Source of the DNA: Candidatus Binatia bacterium
Lineage (GTDB): Bacteria > Desulfobacterota > Binatia > UBA9968 > JAJDTQ01
Direction: 5' to 3'
NCBI GenBank assembly: GCA_963666515.2
Contig: OY762897.2
Span: 1,312,001 to 1,376,000, forward strand
Length of the DNA stretch: 64,000 nucleotides
Shown: positions 27,934 to 37,402 of the stretch, one piece after another
How positions within the stretch are numbered: the stretch's first letter is position 1
Layout of the letters: each line of letters starts with the position of its first letter
Program-made: the position numbers and the translations under genes
Notes under the pieces: model-generated
What the model saw: the letters and a program-made list of their open reading frames with translations, nothing else
Database searches by the model: none
Told to the model about the DNA's origin: nothing

Positions 27934-29259
27934 ATGCGAGAGTACTTCCACGAACTGGCCGATTTCTCGGTGTCGCTGTTGAAGGCGCGGGAGGTGCTGC
28001 TGCTGGGCTTTTCCGGCGAGGAATCGAGCTTCGTGCGCTTCAACCGGAGCGCCGTGCGCCAGGCCGGCGCCGTGGAGCAACGGGCGCTCGCCCTGCATCT
28101 CATCGCGGACCGCCGGCGGGTCGCCGCCCATATGACCGTGTCCGGCGATGCGGCGCTCGACCGGGAACGCGTCCGGCGGGCGCTCGAAACGGCGCGCGAA
28201 CGGCTCGGCATCGTCCCCGAAGACCCGTATCTCCACTACGCCACCGACGTCCGTTCCACGGAATCCGGGCATCCCAACCGCCTGCCCGAAGACGAGGGAC
28301 AGGTGCTGGATTCCATCGTCAGGGCAGGGGAGGGACGCGACCTCGTGGGCATCTACATGGCCGGCGGCATCCACCGGGGCTTCGCCAACTCCCTGGGCCA
28401 GCGCAACTGGTTCTCCACCTACAGTCACCACTTCGACTGGAGCTTCTACCTGGACGGCGACAAGGCGGTGAAGTGCGCTTATGCCGGGTTCGTGTGGAAC
28501 CCCGCGGAGTTCGCGGAGAAGGTGGAGCGGGCGGCCGCGGAGCTGGACGCGCTGCGGCGGCCGGCGCGGACCCTGAAACCTGGACGCTACCGCGTCTACC
28601 TGGCGCCGCAGGCCCTGGAGGAGGTGGTGGGGCTGCTTCGTTGGGGCGGCTTCGGCCTGACCGCCCACCGGACGCGGCGGACGCCGCTCCTGCGCATGAT
28701 CACCGGCGACGCCGCGCTGGACCGGTCGGTGAGCATGGCGGAGGACACCGGCGCCGGTCTCACCGCCAACTTCGACGACGCCGGCTTCATCAAGCCGGAG
28801 CGGATCGCCCTCATCGACCGGGGAAGGCTCGGCGAGCCCCTGGTATCGGCCCGGGCGGCGAAGGAGTACGGCATCCCGGCCAACGGCGCCGGCCGGCGCG
28901 AATCCCCGGAGTCGCTGGCCATGGCGGGAGGCTCGATCCCGCGGAAGGACGTCCTCGCCGCCCTTGGCACGGGGATCTGCATCAACAACCTCTGGTACCT
29001 GAACTATTCCGACCGGGACGCCTGCCGCATGACCGGCATGACGCGCTTCGCCGCCTTCTGGGTGGAGGACGGCGAGATGCAGGCGCCCGTCAACGTCATG
29101 CGTTTCGACGAGACGCTGTACCGCATGCTCGGGGAAAACCTCGCGGGCCTGACCCGGGAAGTGGAGATGCTGCCTGACTCCAACTCCTACGGCGGCCGTT
29201 CCACCCGCAGCGTGCGGCTCCCGGGCGCGCTGGTGGAGGATTTCGCGCTGACCCTGTGA
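27934..29259 (+). CDS. pmbA: TldE/PmbA family protein
   Basis: Follows tldD; RFN...VRQ, PGRY.V.L.P.A, TGMTRF..F.VE.G. Confidence 0.85.
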   Translation: MREYFHELADFSVSLLKAREVLLLGFSGEESSFVRFNRSAVRQAGAVEQRALALHLIADRRRVAAHMTVSGDAALDRERVRRALETARERLGIVPEDPYLHYATDVRSTESGHPNRLPEDEGQVLDSIVRAGEGRDLVGIYMAGGIHRGFANSLGQRNWFSTYSHHFDWSFYLDGDKAVKCAYAGFVWNPAEFAEKVERAAAELDALRRPARTLKPGRYRVYLAPQALEEVVGLLRWGGFGLTAHRTRRTPLLRMITGDAALDRSVSMAEDTGAGLTANFDDAGFIKPERIALIDRGRLGEPLVSARAAKEYGIPANGAGRRESPESLAMAGGSIPRKDVLAALGTGICINNLWYLNYSDRDACRMTGMTRFAAFWVEDGEMQAPVNVMRFDETLYRMLGENLAGLTREVEMLPDSNSYGGRSTRSVRLPGALVEDFALTL

Positions 29260-29286
29260 ACCCTCCAGTTGCGATACGAGCATGCG

Positions 29287-29320
29287 CCCTTCGACTTCGC
29301 TCCGCTACGCTCAGGACGAA
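29287..29320 (+). repeat. REP-like element (family B)
   Basis: CCCTTCGACTTCGCTCCGCTACGCTCAGGACGAA, two differences from the 22596 copy. Confidence 0.88.
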
Positions 29321-29438
29321 CGGCGCATGCTTCCAGCTACTTGGACGCCCCTGACAGGCGAAGTGAGGCGCTTCCAGGCATTGCAGATGCGCAATTCAAG
29401 TGATTTATTGGCTCGACAGGGAACGCAGGGAGGTAGAG

Positions 29439-30290
29439 ATGAAGACCAACGGTTATGATCGCAAAGCCGATGATCTGGGCAACGTCGTCGCCCTGGAGCA
29501 CGTCAACGTCACCATACCCGACCAGGCCACCGCAGTGACGTTCTACGTACTCGGGCTCGGGCTGACCCGGGACCCGTACATGAACGTGGGCCTGAACAAC
29601 ATGTGGGTCAACGTCGGCGGCCAGCAGTTCCACCTGCCCACCCGCGGAATACAGAAGATTTCCGGACACATCGGCTTGGTCTTCCCCGATATCGAAACGC
29701 TGAAGAAGCGCCTGGGAACGGTGGAGGGGGAACTCAAGGGGACCCGTTTCAAGTGGCGCGACGCCGGCGACCACGTGGCCGTGACGGGTCCCTGGGGCAA
29801 CCGCTTCCGTTGCCATGCTGCCGGGCCGGAGTTCGGCGACATGACCATCGGCATGCCCTACGTCGAGTTCCTGACCCGGCCGGGCACGGCACAGGCCATC
29901 GGCAAGTTCTACCGTACCGTGCTGCAGGCGCCCGCAACCTACAAGAACGGCAGCGCGACGGTGAAGGTGGGACGCAACCAGAGCCTGATCTTCACCGAGA
30001 CCGACAAGCGGATCCCCCGCTACGACGGCCACCATATCGCCGTCTACATCGCCAACTTCTCCCACGCCCACCAGTTCCTGCTGCGCCGGGACCTGATCCA
30101 GGAAGAGAGCAACGCTCACCAGTACCGCTTCAGGGACATCGTCGATCCGGGCACCGGCGAAAAGGTCTTTGCGCTGGAGCACGAGGTGCGCAGCCTCTAC
30201 CACCCCATGCTCAACCGCACCATGGTCAACCGCAACGCCGAGCAGACCCAGCGCGGCTACGTGCCGGGGCGCGACGTGTACTACCCCTGA
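29439..30290 (+). CDS. VOC/glyoxalase-like two-domain protein
   Basis: LEHVN...PD...A..FY..LG, QFHLP, GPWGN, HHIA+Y; SD GGAGG. Confidence 0.75.
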   Translation: MKTNGYDRKADDLGNVVALEHVNVTIPDQATAVTFYVLGLGLTRDPYMNVGLNNMWVNVGGQQFHLPTRGIQKISGHIGLVFPDIETLKKRLGTVEGELKGTRFKWRDAGDHVAVTGPWGNRFRCHAAGPEFGDMTIGMPYVEFLTRPGTAQAIGKFYRTVLQAPATYKNGSATVKVGRNQSLIFTETDKRIPRYDGHHIAVYIANFSHAHQFLLRRDLIQEESNAHQYRFRDIVDPGTGEKVFALEHEVRSLYHPMLNRTMVNRNAEQTQRGYVPGRDVYYP

Positions 30291-30314
30291 CCCGGAATCA
30301 GGTCCGGGGTGACG
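30287..30314 (-). repeat. REP-like element (family A variant) at convergent stops
   Basis: CGTCACCCCGGACCTGATTCCGGGTCA on the minus strand, overlapping the ligD 3' end. Confidence 0.6.
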
Positions 30315-32862
30315 GGCCGTTTTTGCCGAACAGTTCCTCCAGGCGGGCCAGGGCGTCGGGCATGTCCACGCCCGGCGCGTCCACCACGGGCAGCAGCGGA
30401 TCCGCCTTCTTCTCGAAACGCCTGACCGCGGTCTTCAGCGTAAACCGGCCGGGGTCCAGCTTGGCGGTGACCTCGGACCAGCGGAGCGGGCAGGATACCG
30501 GCGCGCCCGGCAGGGGCCGCACCGAGAAGGGCGCGGCAATGGTGCGGCCGTAGCCGTTCTGGCCGAAGTCTATGTAGACCTTGCCTTCCCGGGCGTGGAG
30601 CGGACGCGCCACCGTGGCGATGTCCGGCACTCTCTGCTCCGCGGCCAGCGCCAGCAGGCGCGCGAAGGTGCGGCACTGTTCGTAGAGGTAGTGCCGTCCC
30701 ATGGGCACCAGGATGTGGAGGCCGGTGGCGCCGGAGGTCTTGATGCCGGCGGTCACCTCCAACTCCGTGAGGATGGCCTTGAGGGTTCTGGCCACGCGCA
30801 CGACGTGGGCGAAGGGCGCCCCCTTGGGGTCGAGGTCCAGCACCAGCCAGTCGGGGCGCTCCAGGGTGTCCAGCCGGCTGGCCCAGATGTGCAGCGGGAT
30901 GGCGCCGAGGTTGGCGACGTAGCGCAGGTTTTGGGCGTCGTTGACGATGAAGTAGTCGATGTCCCGGTCGGCGTCCTTCGAGTAGATACGCCGGGTCGCC
31001 ACCCAGTCGGGAACGTAGTCCGGCGCGTCCTTCTGGAAGAAGGCCTTGCCGTGGATGCCGTCGGGGAACCGCGTCAGCACTAGCGGACGATCCCGGAGAT
31101 AGGGCAGCAGCAGCGGCGCGACGGCCTCGTAGTAGTCGATCAGGTCGCTCTTGGTGTAGCCGTCGTCGGGCCAGAACACCTTGTCCGGATTGGTCACCGC
31201 GAACGTCGGGGCGGCCGGGCGCCGCGCGGAGGCCGGCGGGAAGGGCGCATCGTCTTCCTGGACCGCCACAGGGGTTTCGTTGTGGCGCCCCTGGGACACG
31301 AATTCTTCGCGGCGGCATTCCTCCGGCGCCTTGTCGTCCCGCAGGCCCAGGAAAGACGGGTGCCGCAGGCCGCCGTCGGCGGTCCATCCGCTGAACTCCA
31401 CTTCGCAGACGAGCCGGGGCTCCACCCAGTGATGCTCCCTTCCGGCCGGCGTCCCTTTGGCGAACGGGGAATCCTCCCGCGCCAGGGCGACGAGCCGTTC
31501 GTGAACGGAACCGAGGGTCTCGCGGTCGAAACCCGTGCCCACCTTCGACACGTAGACCAGTTCCCGGCCGCGGTAGAGCCCGAGATGGAGCGCTCCGAAA
31601 CAGGGCCGCGAGCCGCCGGGGCGGGTGTATCCGCCGATGACGAACTCCTGGTGCGGCCGGCACTTGAATTTCAACCACTCGCGAGTGCGGCCCGCGGCGT
31701 AACGGCTGTCGGCGCGCTTGCCGATGATCCCCTCCAGGCGATTCTCCCAGGCGGCGCGGTAGAAGTCCTCACCGCGTTCGGGAACGTGCTCGCAATACTG
31801 GACCACGCCCCGGTGCGGCAGGAAGAGGGAAAGGTACTCCTTTCGCCGCGTCAGGGGCAGCGTGCGGAGGTCCCGCGCACCGGCTTCGAGGCAGTCGAAG
31901 AAGACTCCGCGGACCGGTACCGCCCGCGCCGTCCGCTCGATGTCGAAGCGGTCCGTCAGGTGCATCCGAGGCTGGAGCCGCTGGAAGCTCGGGCGCCCCG
32001 TCTCGTCCATGGCCACGATCTCGCCGTCGATGAGGAAGCGCGACGGTGCGGTCTTGCTCAGCGCGTGGACGATCTCCGGATACCGCCGGGTGATGTCGTC
32101 TCCCTTGCGCCCCAGAAGCGTGACGGCATCGTCGCGCCGCCGGGCGAGCACGCGCACGCCGTCGTACTTGATCTCGAAGAGCCAGTCCGCGTCGGAGAAG
32201 GGGACGCCGCCGGGCGACGCCAGCATCGGCGCCGGCTTCCGGCGCGACACGGAGGCCGGCGGGGCCTTGAGCCGTTTCAGGGCCTTGTCGAGCACCGCTG
32301 TCCGCGAGCCCGGGTCGCCGCGCTCGGACACGGTGAGGCCGGACAGGATGGAGCCGGGAAAGGCCTCCGCCGGCTCGGGCTCCTCCCCGCGGCCGTCCTT
32401 GCTGAACAGCAGCCACTCCCTGGCGCGGCCTCCCATACGCACGAGCATCCACACGCCGCGCAGCTTGTAGCCCTGCAGCTCGATCTCCAGCGTGCCCTCG
32501 TCGAGCTGCCGCAGCGGGTCCTCGGCGTGGAGCAGCCGGTAGCGGCCCTGGTCCCACAGGATGACCGCGCCGGCGCCGTAGTTGTCCCTGGGGATCACGC
32601 CCTCGAAGTCGGCGTACTCGATGGGGTGGTCCTCCACGTGCACCGCCAGCCGTTTTTCGTAGGAGCGGACCGACGGGCCCTTGGGAACGGCCCAGCTCTT
32701 GAGGACGCCGCCCATCTCCAGCCGGAGGTCGTAGTGGAGCGCGCGGGCGGCGTGCTGTTGCACCACGAAGAGGCCTCCGGCGGAGGACGCCTGGCCTCCG
32801 AACGCTTCCGGGGTCCGCTCGGGATCGCGCTTGCGCCGGTACTCACCCAGCGGGGCGGACAT
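30298..32862 (-). CDS. ligD: DNA ligase D (phosphoesterase-ligase-polymerase)
   Basis: PE: H.A..LHYD.RLE..GVLKSWAVPKG; ligase: EIKYDGVR, DGEIV, EG++.K; Pol: RFPDG....FFQK, DLDP, KTSG..GLH. Confidence 0.97.
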   Translation of the reverse strand: MSAPLGEYRRKRDPERTPEAFGGQASSAGGLFVVQQHAARALHYDLRLEMGGVLKSWAVPKGPSVRSYEKRLAVHVEDHPIEYADFEGVIPRDNYGAGAVILWDQGRYRLLHAEDPLRQLDEGTLEIELQGYKLRGVWMLVRMGGRAREWLLFSKDGRGEEPEPAEAFPGSILSGLTVSERGDPGSRTAVLDKALKRLKAPPASVSRRKPAPMLASPGGVPFSDADWLFEIKYDGVRVLARRRDDAVTLLGRKGDDITRRYPEIVHALSKTAPSRFLIDGEIVAMDETGRPSFQRLQPRMHLTDRFDIERTARAVPVRGVFFDCLEAGARDLRTLPLTRRKEYLSLFLPHRGVVQYCEHVPERGEDFYRAAWENRLEGIIGKRADSRYAAGRTREWLKFKCRPHQEFVIGGYTRPGGSRPCFGALHLGLYRGRELVYVSKVGTGFDRETLGSVHERLVALAREDSPFAKGTPAGREHHWVEPRLVCEVEFSGWTADGGLRHPSFLGLRDDKAPEECRREEFVSQGRHNETPVAVQEDDAPFPPASARRPAAPTFAVTNPDKVFWPDDGYTKSDLIDYYEAVAPLLLPYLRDRPLVLTRFPDGIHGKAFFQKDAPDYVPDWVATRRIYSKDADRDIDYFIVNDAQNLRYVANLGAIPLHIWASRLDTLERPDWLVLDLDPKGAPFAHVVRVARTLKAILTELEVTAGIKTSGATGLHILVPMGRHYLYEQCRTFARLLALAAEQRVPDIATVARPLHAREGKVYIDFGQNGYGRTIAAPFSVRPLPGAPVSCPLRWSEVTAKLDPGRFTLKTAVRRFEKKADPLLPVVDAPGVDMPDALARLEELFGKNGPSPRT

Positions 32863-32874
32863 GGCAACCTGTTG

Positions 32875-32900
32875 ACAAGTTCATAACTTGTAGAATTCTA
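32875..32900. promoter_or_regulatory. Palindromic operator-like sites in the ligD/ku divergent promoter
   Basis: ACAAGTT-CAT-AACTTGT (32875-32891) overlapping TTGACA, abutted by TAGAATTCTA (32891-32900). Confidence 0.55.
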
Positions 32901-32948
32901 AAGGCATTTCATGCTAGAGTGCAACGGATCGAATCTGGAGGGACCATC

Positions 32949-34058
32949 ATGGCAGCACGCGCCATCAGTTCCGGGACCATTTCCTTCGGCCTGGTTTCCA
33001 TCCCCATCAAGCTCTACACGGCAGCGTCATCGGGCGGCATCACGTTCAATTTCCTGCACAACCGATGCGGGTCGCGCATGAAGCAGCAACAGTTCTGCCC
33101 CGTGTGCGACGAGGTGGTGCAGCGCTCCGACCTGGTCCGCGGCTACGAGTTCGCCAAGAACCAGTACGTACGTTTCGAGAACGACGAGTTGAAGGCCCTG
33201 GAAGAGGAGACTTCCAAGGTCATCGAGCTGGAGGAGTTCGTGCCGCTGGAGAAGGTCGATCCGGTCTACTTCGAGAAGACCTACTACCTCGGCCCGGACA
33301 AGGGCGGCGAGAAGGCGTACCGGCTGCTGGCGGACGCCATGACCGAGTCCAACCGGGTGGGTCTGGCCAAGTACGTCATGCGGGGCAAGGAGGGGCTCGT
33401 GCTGATCCGCGCGGTCCAGGGCGGTCTCATGCTCCACACCATGTACTACGCCGACGAGGTGCGGGATTTCGACGACATCGACCGGGGCCAGACCATCCAG
33501 CTCAAGGAAGGCGAGCTGGACTTGGCGGTCCGCCTCATCGACGAGCTGGTGAGCAAGGAGTTCCACCCGGAGAACTACCACGACGAGTACAAGGCACGCG
33601 TCCTGCAACTGGTGGAGCAGAAGGTGGAGGGGAAGGAAGTGACGGCCCTGGAGCCGCAGGCGCGCCAGAGCCAGGTGGTGGACCTCATGGAAGCCCTCAA
33701 GGCCAGCCTGGAGAAGCACGACGGCGCGGCCGGGGCGAAGCCCAAGGCCCTGCGCGCTGCCGCGCGCACGCGCAAGGCGCCGGCCGGGGAAGCGGAGGTC
33801 ACCTTCGAGGAATTCCAGGCCGCGGTGAACGAGTCCGGCCTGGAAGTGAGCGCCGCGGAGCTCAAGAAGAGCTACAACGGCCTCGCCTCGCTCGGCAAAC
33901 GCAAGAAGCTGGCCTCGGCCGACGTGCGCGGCAAGGTCGTGAACCTGCGCAAGGATCTGGAAGTGATCCGCTCCGATCCCGAGCTGTTCGGCAACGCGCC
34001 GAAGAAGCTCAAGGCCGCCCGCATCCCCCTCACCGCCCGGGACTGGGAACGCTACTGA
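32949..34058 (+). CDS. ku: Ku protein with Zn-ribbon-type bridge and an extra C-terminal domain
   Basis: G.ISFGLV.IP+KLY.A, YFEK.YYL.P, Y.LL..AM, DLM.ALKASL; HxxC...CxxC; 89 extra residues after the basic linker. Confidence 0.95.
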   Translation: MAARAISSGTISFGLVSIPIKLYTAASSGGITFNFLHNRCGSRMKQQQFCPVCDEVVQRSDLVRGYEFAKNQYVRFENDELKALEEETSKVIELEEFVPLEKVDPVYFEKTYYLGPDKGGEKAYRLLADAMTESNRVGLAKYVMRGKEGLVLIRAVQGGLMLHTMYYADEVRDFDDIDRGQTIQLKEGELDLAVRLIDELVSKEFHPENYHDEYKARVLQLVEQKVEGKEVTALEPQARQSQVVDLMEALKASLEKHDGAAGAKPKALRAAARTRKAPAGEAEVTFEEFQAAVNESGLEVSAAELKKSYNGLASLGKRKKLASADVRGKVVNLRKDLEVIRSDPELFGNAPKKLKAARIPLTARDWERY

Positions 34059-34086
34059 GCCGGGTCTGCCCGATACCAACGGCGAC

Positions 34087-34884
34087 ATGGCACGGGACGC
34101 CACGGACAGGGCGCACCGGGTGATGGAAGAAGCCCGGCGTTTGCTGGATACATGCGGTGTCGAGCGCCCGCCCGTGGACTTGGTGCGCATCGCCCACCAT
34201 CTGGGCATCCGGCGCATCCGGGAGTTGGACGTTCGTCTGGACGGGCAACTCGTGGAACTGGGCGACGGCGGCTACGAGGTCATCCTCAGCCGGAACGCCC
34301 CTCACACCCGCCGGCGCTTCACCCTGGCCCATGAGATCGCTCACATCCTCGCGGCTTCGCCCGGCGACGACTCCATGAGCTGCGGCGACGCCGCCACCGA
34401 GGAGCTGTGCAACCGCGTCGCCGCCGAGCTGTTGATTCCGGGCCGCTTCATTGCCGACGAGGCGCCAGGGGACATGGACGTGGCCGCCTTCCGGCGATTG
34501 GCCACCCGGTTCCAATGCTCCCTCGAAGCGGCGGCTTGGCGCGTCCTCAACATGGGAAAGGTGGCCGGCGCTCTGCTGATCTGGCGCATGCAGGACGGCG
34601 GCAAGCTGGAACTGTCCGCGTCGCCGCGCACCTTCGGCTTCGATTCGCCGTTCGAGAACGGCGCCGTCCTTGATGGCGCCATGCCGTTCGTGCGACAGTT
34701 GATGGCGCGGAGCGAAGGTCCGGTCACCTGCGGTGAGGACCCGGGCGGAAGAATCTACACGGGCGACTATGTCCGCCTGAACAAGGTGTTGCTCATGTAC
34801 CTGAGATCCGAAGGAGATCCCCCGGCCTCGAAGACGAGCCGCCGCCCGTCAGGCGCGCCGGGCCAGGGCGAGTTGTTCTCATAG
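34087..34884 (+). CDS. ImmA/IrrE family metallo-endopeptidase
   Basis: RRRFTLAHEIAH (HExxH), E..CN..AAELL.P, LA..F..S.EA...R HTH, further C-terminal domain. Confidence 0.92.
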   Translation: MARDATDRAHRVMEEARRLLDTCGVERPPVDLVRIAHHLGIRRIRELDVRLDGQLVELGDGGYEVILSRNAPHTRRRFTLAHEIAHILAASPGDDSMSCGDAATEELCNRVAAELLIPGRFIADEAPGDMDVAAFRRLATRFQCSLEAAAWRVLNMGKVAGALLIWRMQDGGKLELSASPRTFGFDSPFENGAVLDGAMPFVRQLMARSEGPVTCGEDPGGRIYTGDYVRLNKVLLMYLRSEGDPPASKTSRRPSGAPGQGELFS

Positions 34885-34910
34885 GGTCGAAACCCTCGCA
34901 AGGAGCCGTC

Positions 34911-35432
34911 ATGGACGTCATGAAAGCATTGGAGACCATCGACCTCGACAAGCTGATGGAGAAGACCGCGGCCGAAGGCAACGGCCGCACGGTGGTGTGG
35001 CAGGACTCGGAGTCCATCGCGTTCCTGAGCAGCGGGCGCAAGCGCCGCATGGACTTTCACGTGGACCCGAGCGACGAGGTGACGCTGGTGCTCAAGGGCG
35101 AGCAGCGCCTTCACTGTCTGACCGATGACGGCAATGAGAAGGTCGTCACCATGGGGCCGGGCCAGATGACCCTGTGCCCGGGCGGTGTGCCACACTCCCC
35201 GCGGGTGGACGAAGGCACCTGGTTCCTGGTGTTCGAGCGGGTGCGCAAGCCGGGCGAGCAGGACCGCTTCATGTGGTTTTGCGAGAACTGCGGCAAGAAG
35301 GTATACGAGGTGGACGTGACCGTGGGCAACTACAGCGACGACCCCGTGGGTCAGGTCCACCGCGAGTTCTACGGCGACGACAAGCTCAGGACCTGCAAGG
35401 ACTGCGGCAGCCTCGTCCCGACGCCGGAATGA
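34911..35432 (+). CDS. 3-hydroxyanthranilate 3,4-dioxygenase-like cupin
   Basis: R.DFH.DP..E, P...PHSP.R-like, LV.ER.R, W+CENC...RTC..CG rubredoxin-like site. Confidence 0.82.
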   Translation: MDVMKALETIDLDKLMEKTAAEGNGRTVVWQDSESIAFLSSGRKRRMDFHVDPSDEVTLVLKGEQRLHCLTDDGNEKVVTMGPGQMTLCPGGVPHSPRVDEGTWFLVFERVRKPGEQDRFMWFCENCGKKVYEVDVTVGNYSDDPVGQVHREFYGDDKLRTCKDCGSLVPTPE

Positions 35433-35451
35433 GTGCGCGGGCAAGGGTAGG

Positions 35452-36213
35452 ATGATGGACTACAACCAGGCGCTGGAACGGCTGGCCGAAGGCTATGGCA
35501 AGGCGGAAAGGGACGTCGTCACGGCCTATTTCAGCGCGCCGCGCACACCCGAGGAGCACATCCACTGGCTCAAGGCCCAGGCCTTCAAGGAATACTCGGC
35601 CATCCAGCCGCTGATCCATGCCCTCGACAAGCTCTACTCCCAGCTTGACCGCCAGGTGGACCGCCACGACTTCGAGGAACTCTGTCACAAGCTCGGCGAC
35701 GAGATGAGCCACGCCAGGCTGATCATGGATTTCCTGGAGGAGTTGACCGGCAAGCGGCTGACGCAGAAGGACCTCACCTGGTTGCCGGAGGACCGCAAGC
35801 TCGCCGAGGTGAGGGCGCGCTACTCCCGCAGCTACGCCGGGCTGCTGCACGGCTCCGAGCGCATCACCACCAGTGAGATACAGCGGCGCGACGAGATGCT
35901 GGAGCGGGCCGCCATCACCCTGACCGAGGGCGGCGGGGGCGCGCTCTACGAGGTCTGCCGCCACCTGAAAGGCAACCGCATCAACCGCAGGATCGCGTCC
36001 ATCTTCGGGCGCATCCACCGGGACGAGACCAGGCACAGCGACGCCAACGAGCTGGCCGCGCTGGTCAAGACCCGGAAGGACTACGACCGCGCCCGGCGCA
36101 TCATCGCCAACGTTTCGTCCCAGCGTCTTCGGATGCGCAACGAGCAGTTCGGCTTTCCGCTGAGCCGGAGCGAGCTTCGATCGCTGGAACGGGAGTGCAC
36201 CGCCGCGGCTTAG
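35452..36213 (+). CDS. Ferritin-like diiron domain protein
   Basis: Paired E...DExxH motifs (KE, DEMSH; TE, DETRH). Confidence 0.7.
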   Translation: MMDYNQALERLAEGYGKAERDVVTAYFSAPRTPEEHIHWLKAQAFKEYSAIQPLIHALDKLYSQLDRQVDRHDFEELCHKLGDEMSHARLIMDFLEELTGKRLTQKDLTWLPEDRKLAEVRARYSRSYAGLLHGSERITTSEIQRRDEMLERAAITLTEGGGGALYEVCRHLKGNRINRRIASIFGRIHRDETRHSDANELAALVKTRKDYDRARRIIANVSSQRLRMRNEQFGFPLSRSELRSLERECTAAA

Positions 36214-36273
36214 CGGCGCGCAGAGCGGGCCGCACTTGAACGACGGCCCCGGTAAACCAATGAGGAGGTTCCC

Positions 36274-37392
36274 GTGAACACGGACACAATGCCTGTCATC
36301 GACATGGACTCGCACGTCGAGGAACCCAAGGAGGCCTGGGAGCACCTCGACCCGAAATACGCCGACCGGAAGCCCTTTCCGGTGGTGGCTCAGGACTTGC
36401 CGCAACTGGGCGGCATCAACGCCTTCTGGTACATCGACGGCACGGTCTATCCCAAGCCCGTGGGCCGGGGGAACCTGGTGTACGGCACCCCCATCGAGAT
36501 GCGCTTCGCCACCCAGAAGGAGTTCACCATCGGTTCCCAGACCATGACCGACATCCCCGCGCGCCTGAAGGACATGGACGCGGTGGGCATCGACGTCCAG
36601 GTGGTGTTCTCGACGCTGTTCCTCCAGCCGGTGACCGACGACCTCCTGTTCGAGGCCGCGCTGATGCGGAGCTACAACACCTGGATGGCGTCGGCCTGCG
36701 CCGAAAGCCCCGACCGCATGAAGTGGGGCGCCATCCTGCCCATGAGGGACCCGCGGCTGGCCCTCGCCGAGCTGGAACACAGCCTCAAGCTCGGCGCGTC
36801 GGTGGCAGGTATCTACGGCACCGTGGGCGAGACCATGCTGCACGACCGCTACTACGATGACTTCTTCGCCGAGGTGGAGCGCCTCGGCGTGCCCCTGGCG
36901 ATCCATGCCGGCTGGAGCCATCCGGGCATCACCCGCAGCATGGACGACGTCTCGGGTTCCCGCGCCATCGGCTTCACCCTGCCGGTGATGATGGGGTTCT
37001 ACAGCTTCCTGGGCGGCGGCATCCTGGAACGGCACCCGCGTCTCCGGGTCGCGTTCATGGAGATCGGCGTGCAGTGGGTACCCTATCTGGTGCAGCGGAT
37101 CGACCACTACCACCACGCCGACGGCGCCCTGGGCATGCCGCTGCCCGTCAGGCAGCCGGTGTCCGAGACCCTCAAGCAGAGCGACGTCTACTTCACCCCG
37201 GAAGCGGACGAGATCTACCTACCGCAGGTGGCCGAATACCTGGGTGAGGATCGCCTGCTGTTCGAAGGCGACATGCCCCACGCCGAGGCCCGGGAAGGCG
37301 CCAAGCAGGAGATCCTGGAACGGGACGACATCTCGGAAGAGCTCAAGTGGAAGATACTGAGCGTCAACGGCCGGCGGTTCCTCAACCTGTGA
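36274..37392 (+). CDS. Amidohydrolase_2 family protein (decarboxylase/hydratase-like)
   Basis: ID.DSH, RL.DMD..GID..V.F, YN.W, +..E.G..W, D.PH. Confidence 0.9.
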   Translation: MNTDTMPVIDMDSHVEEPKEAWEHLDPKYADRKPFPVVAQDLPQLGGINAFWYIDGTVYPKPVGRGNLVYGTPIEMRFATQKEFTIGSQTMTDIPARLKDMDAVGIDVQVVFSTLFLQPVTDDLLFEAALMRSYNTWMASACAESPDRMKWGAILPMRDPRLALAELEHSLKLGASVAGIYGTVGETMLHDRYYDDFFAEVERLGVPLAIHAGWSHPGITRSMDDVSGSRAIGFTLPVMMGFYSFLGGGILERHPRLRVAFMEIGVQWVPYLVQRIDHYHHADGALGMPLPVRQPVSETLKQSDVYFTPEADEIYLPQVAEYLGEDRLLFEGDMPHAEAREGAKQEILERDDISEELKWKILSVNGRRFLNL

Positions 37393-37402
37393 CGGAAGCG
37401 GC

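Noticed and set aside
26423-29259. TldD/E as part of a RiPP cluster
   Set aside because: No precursor, YcaO or radical SAM gene is adjacent; stand-alone tldD/E is common.
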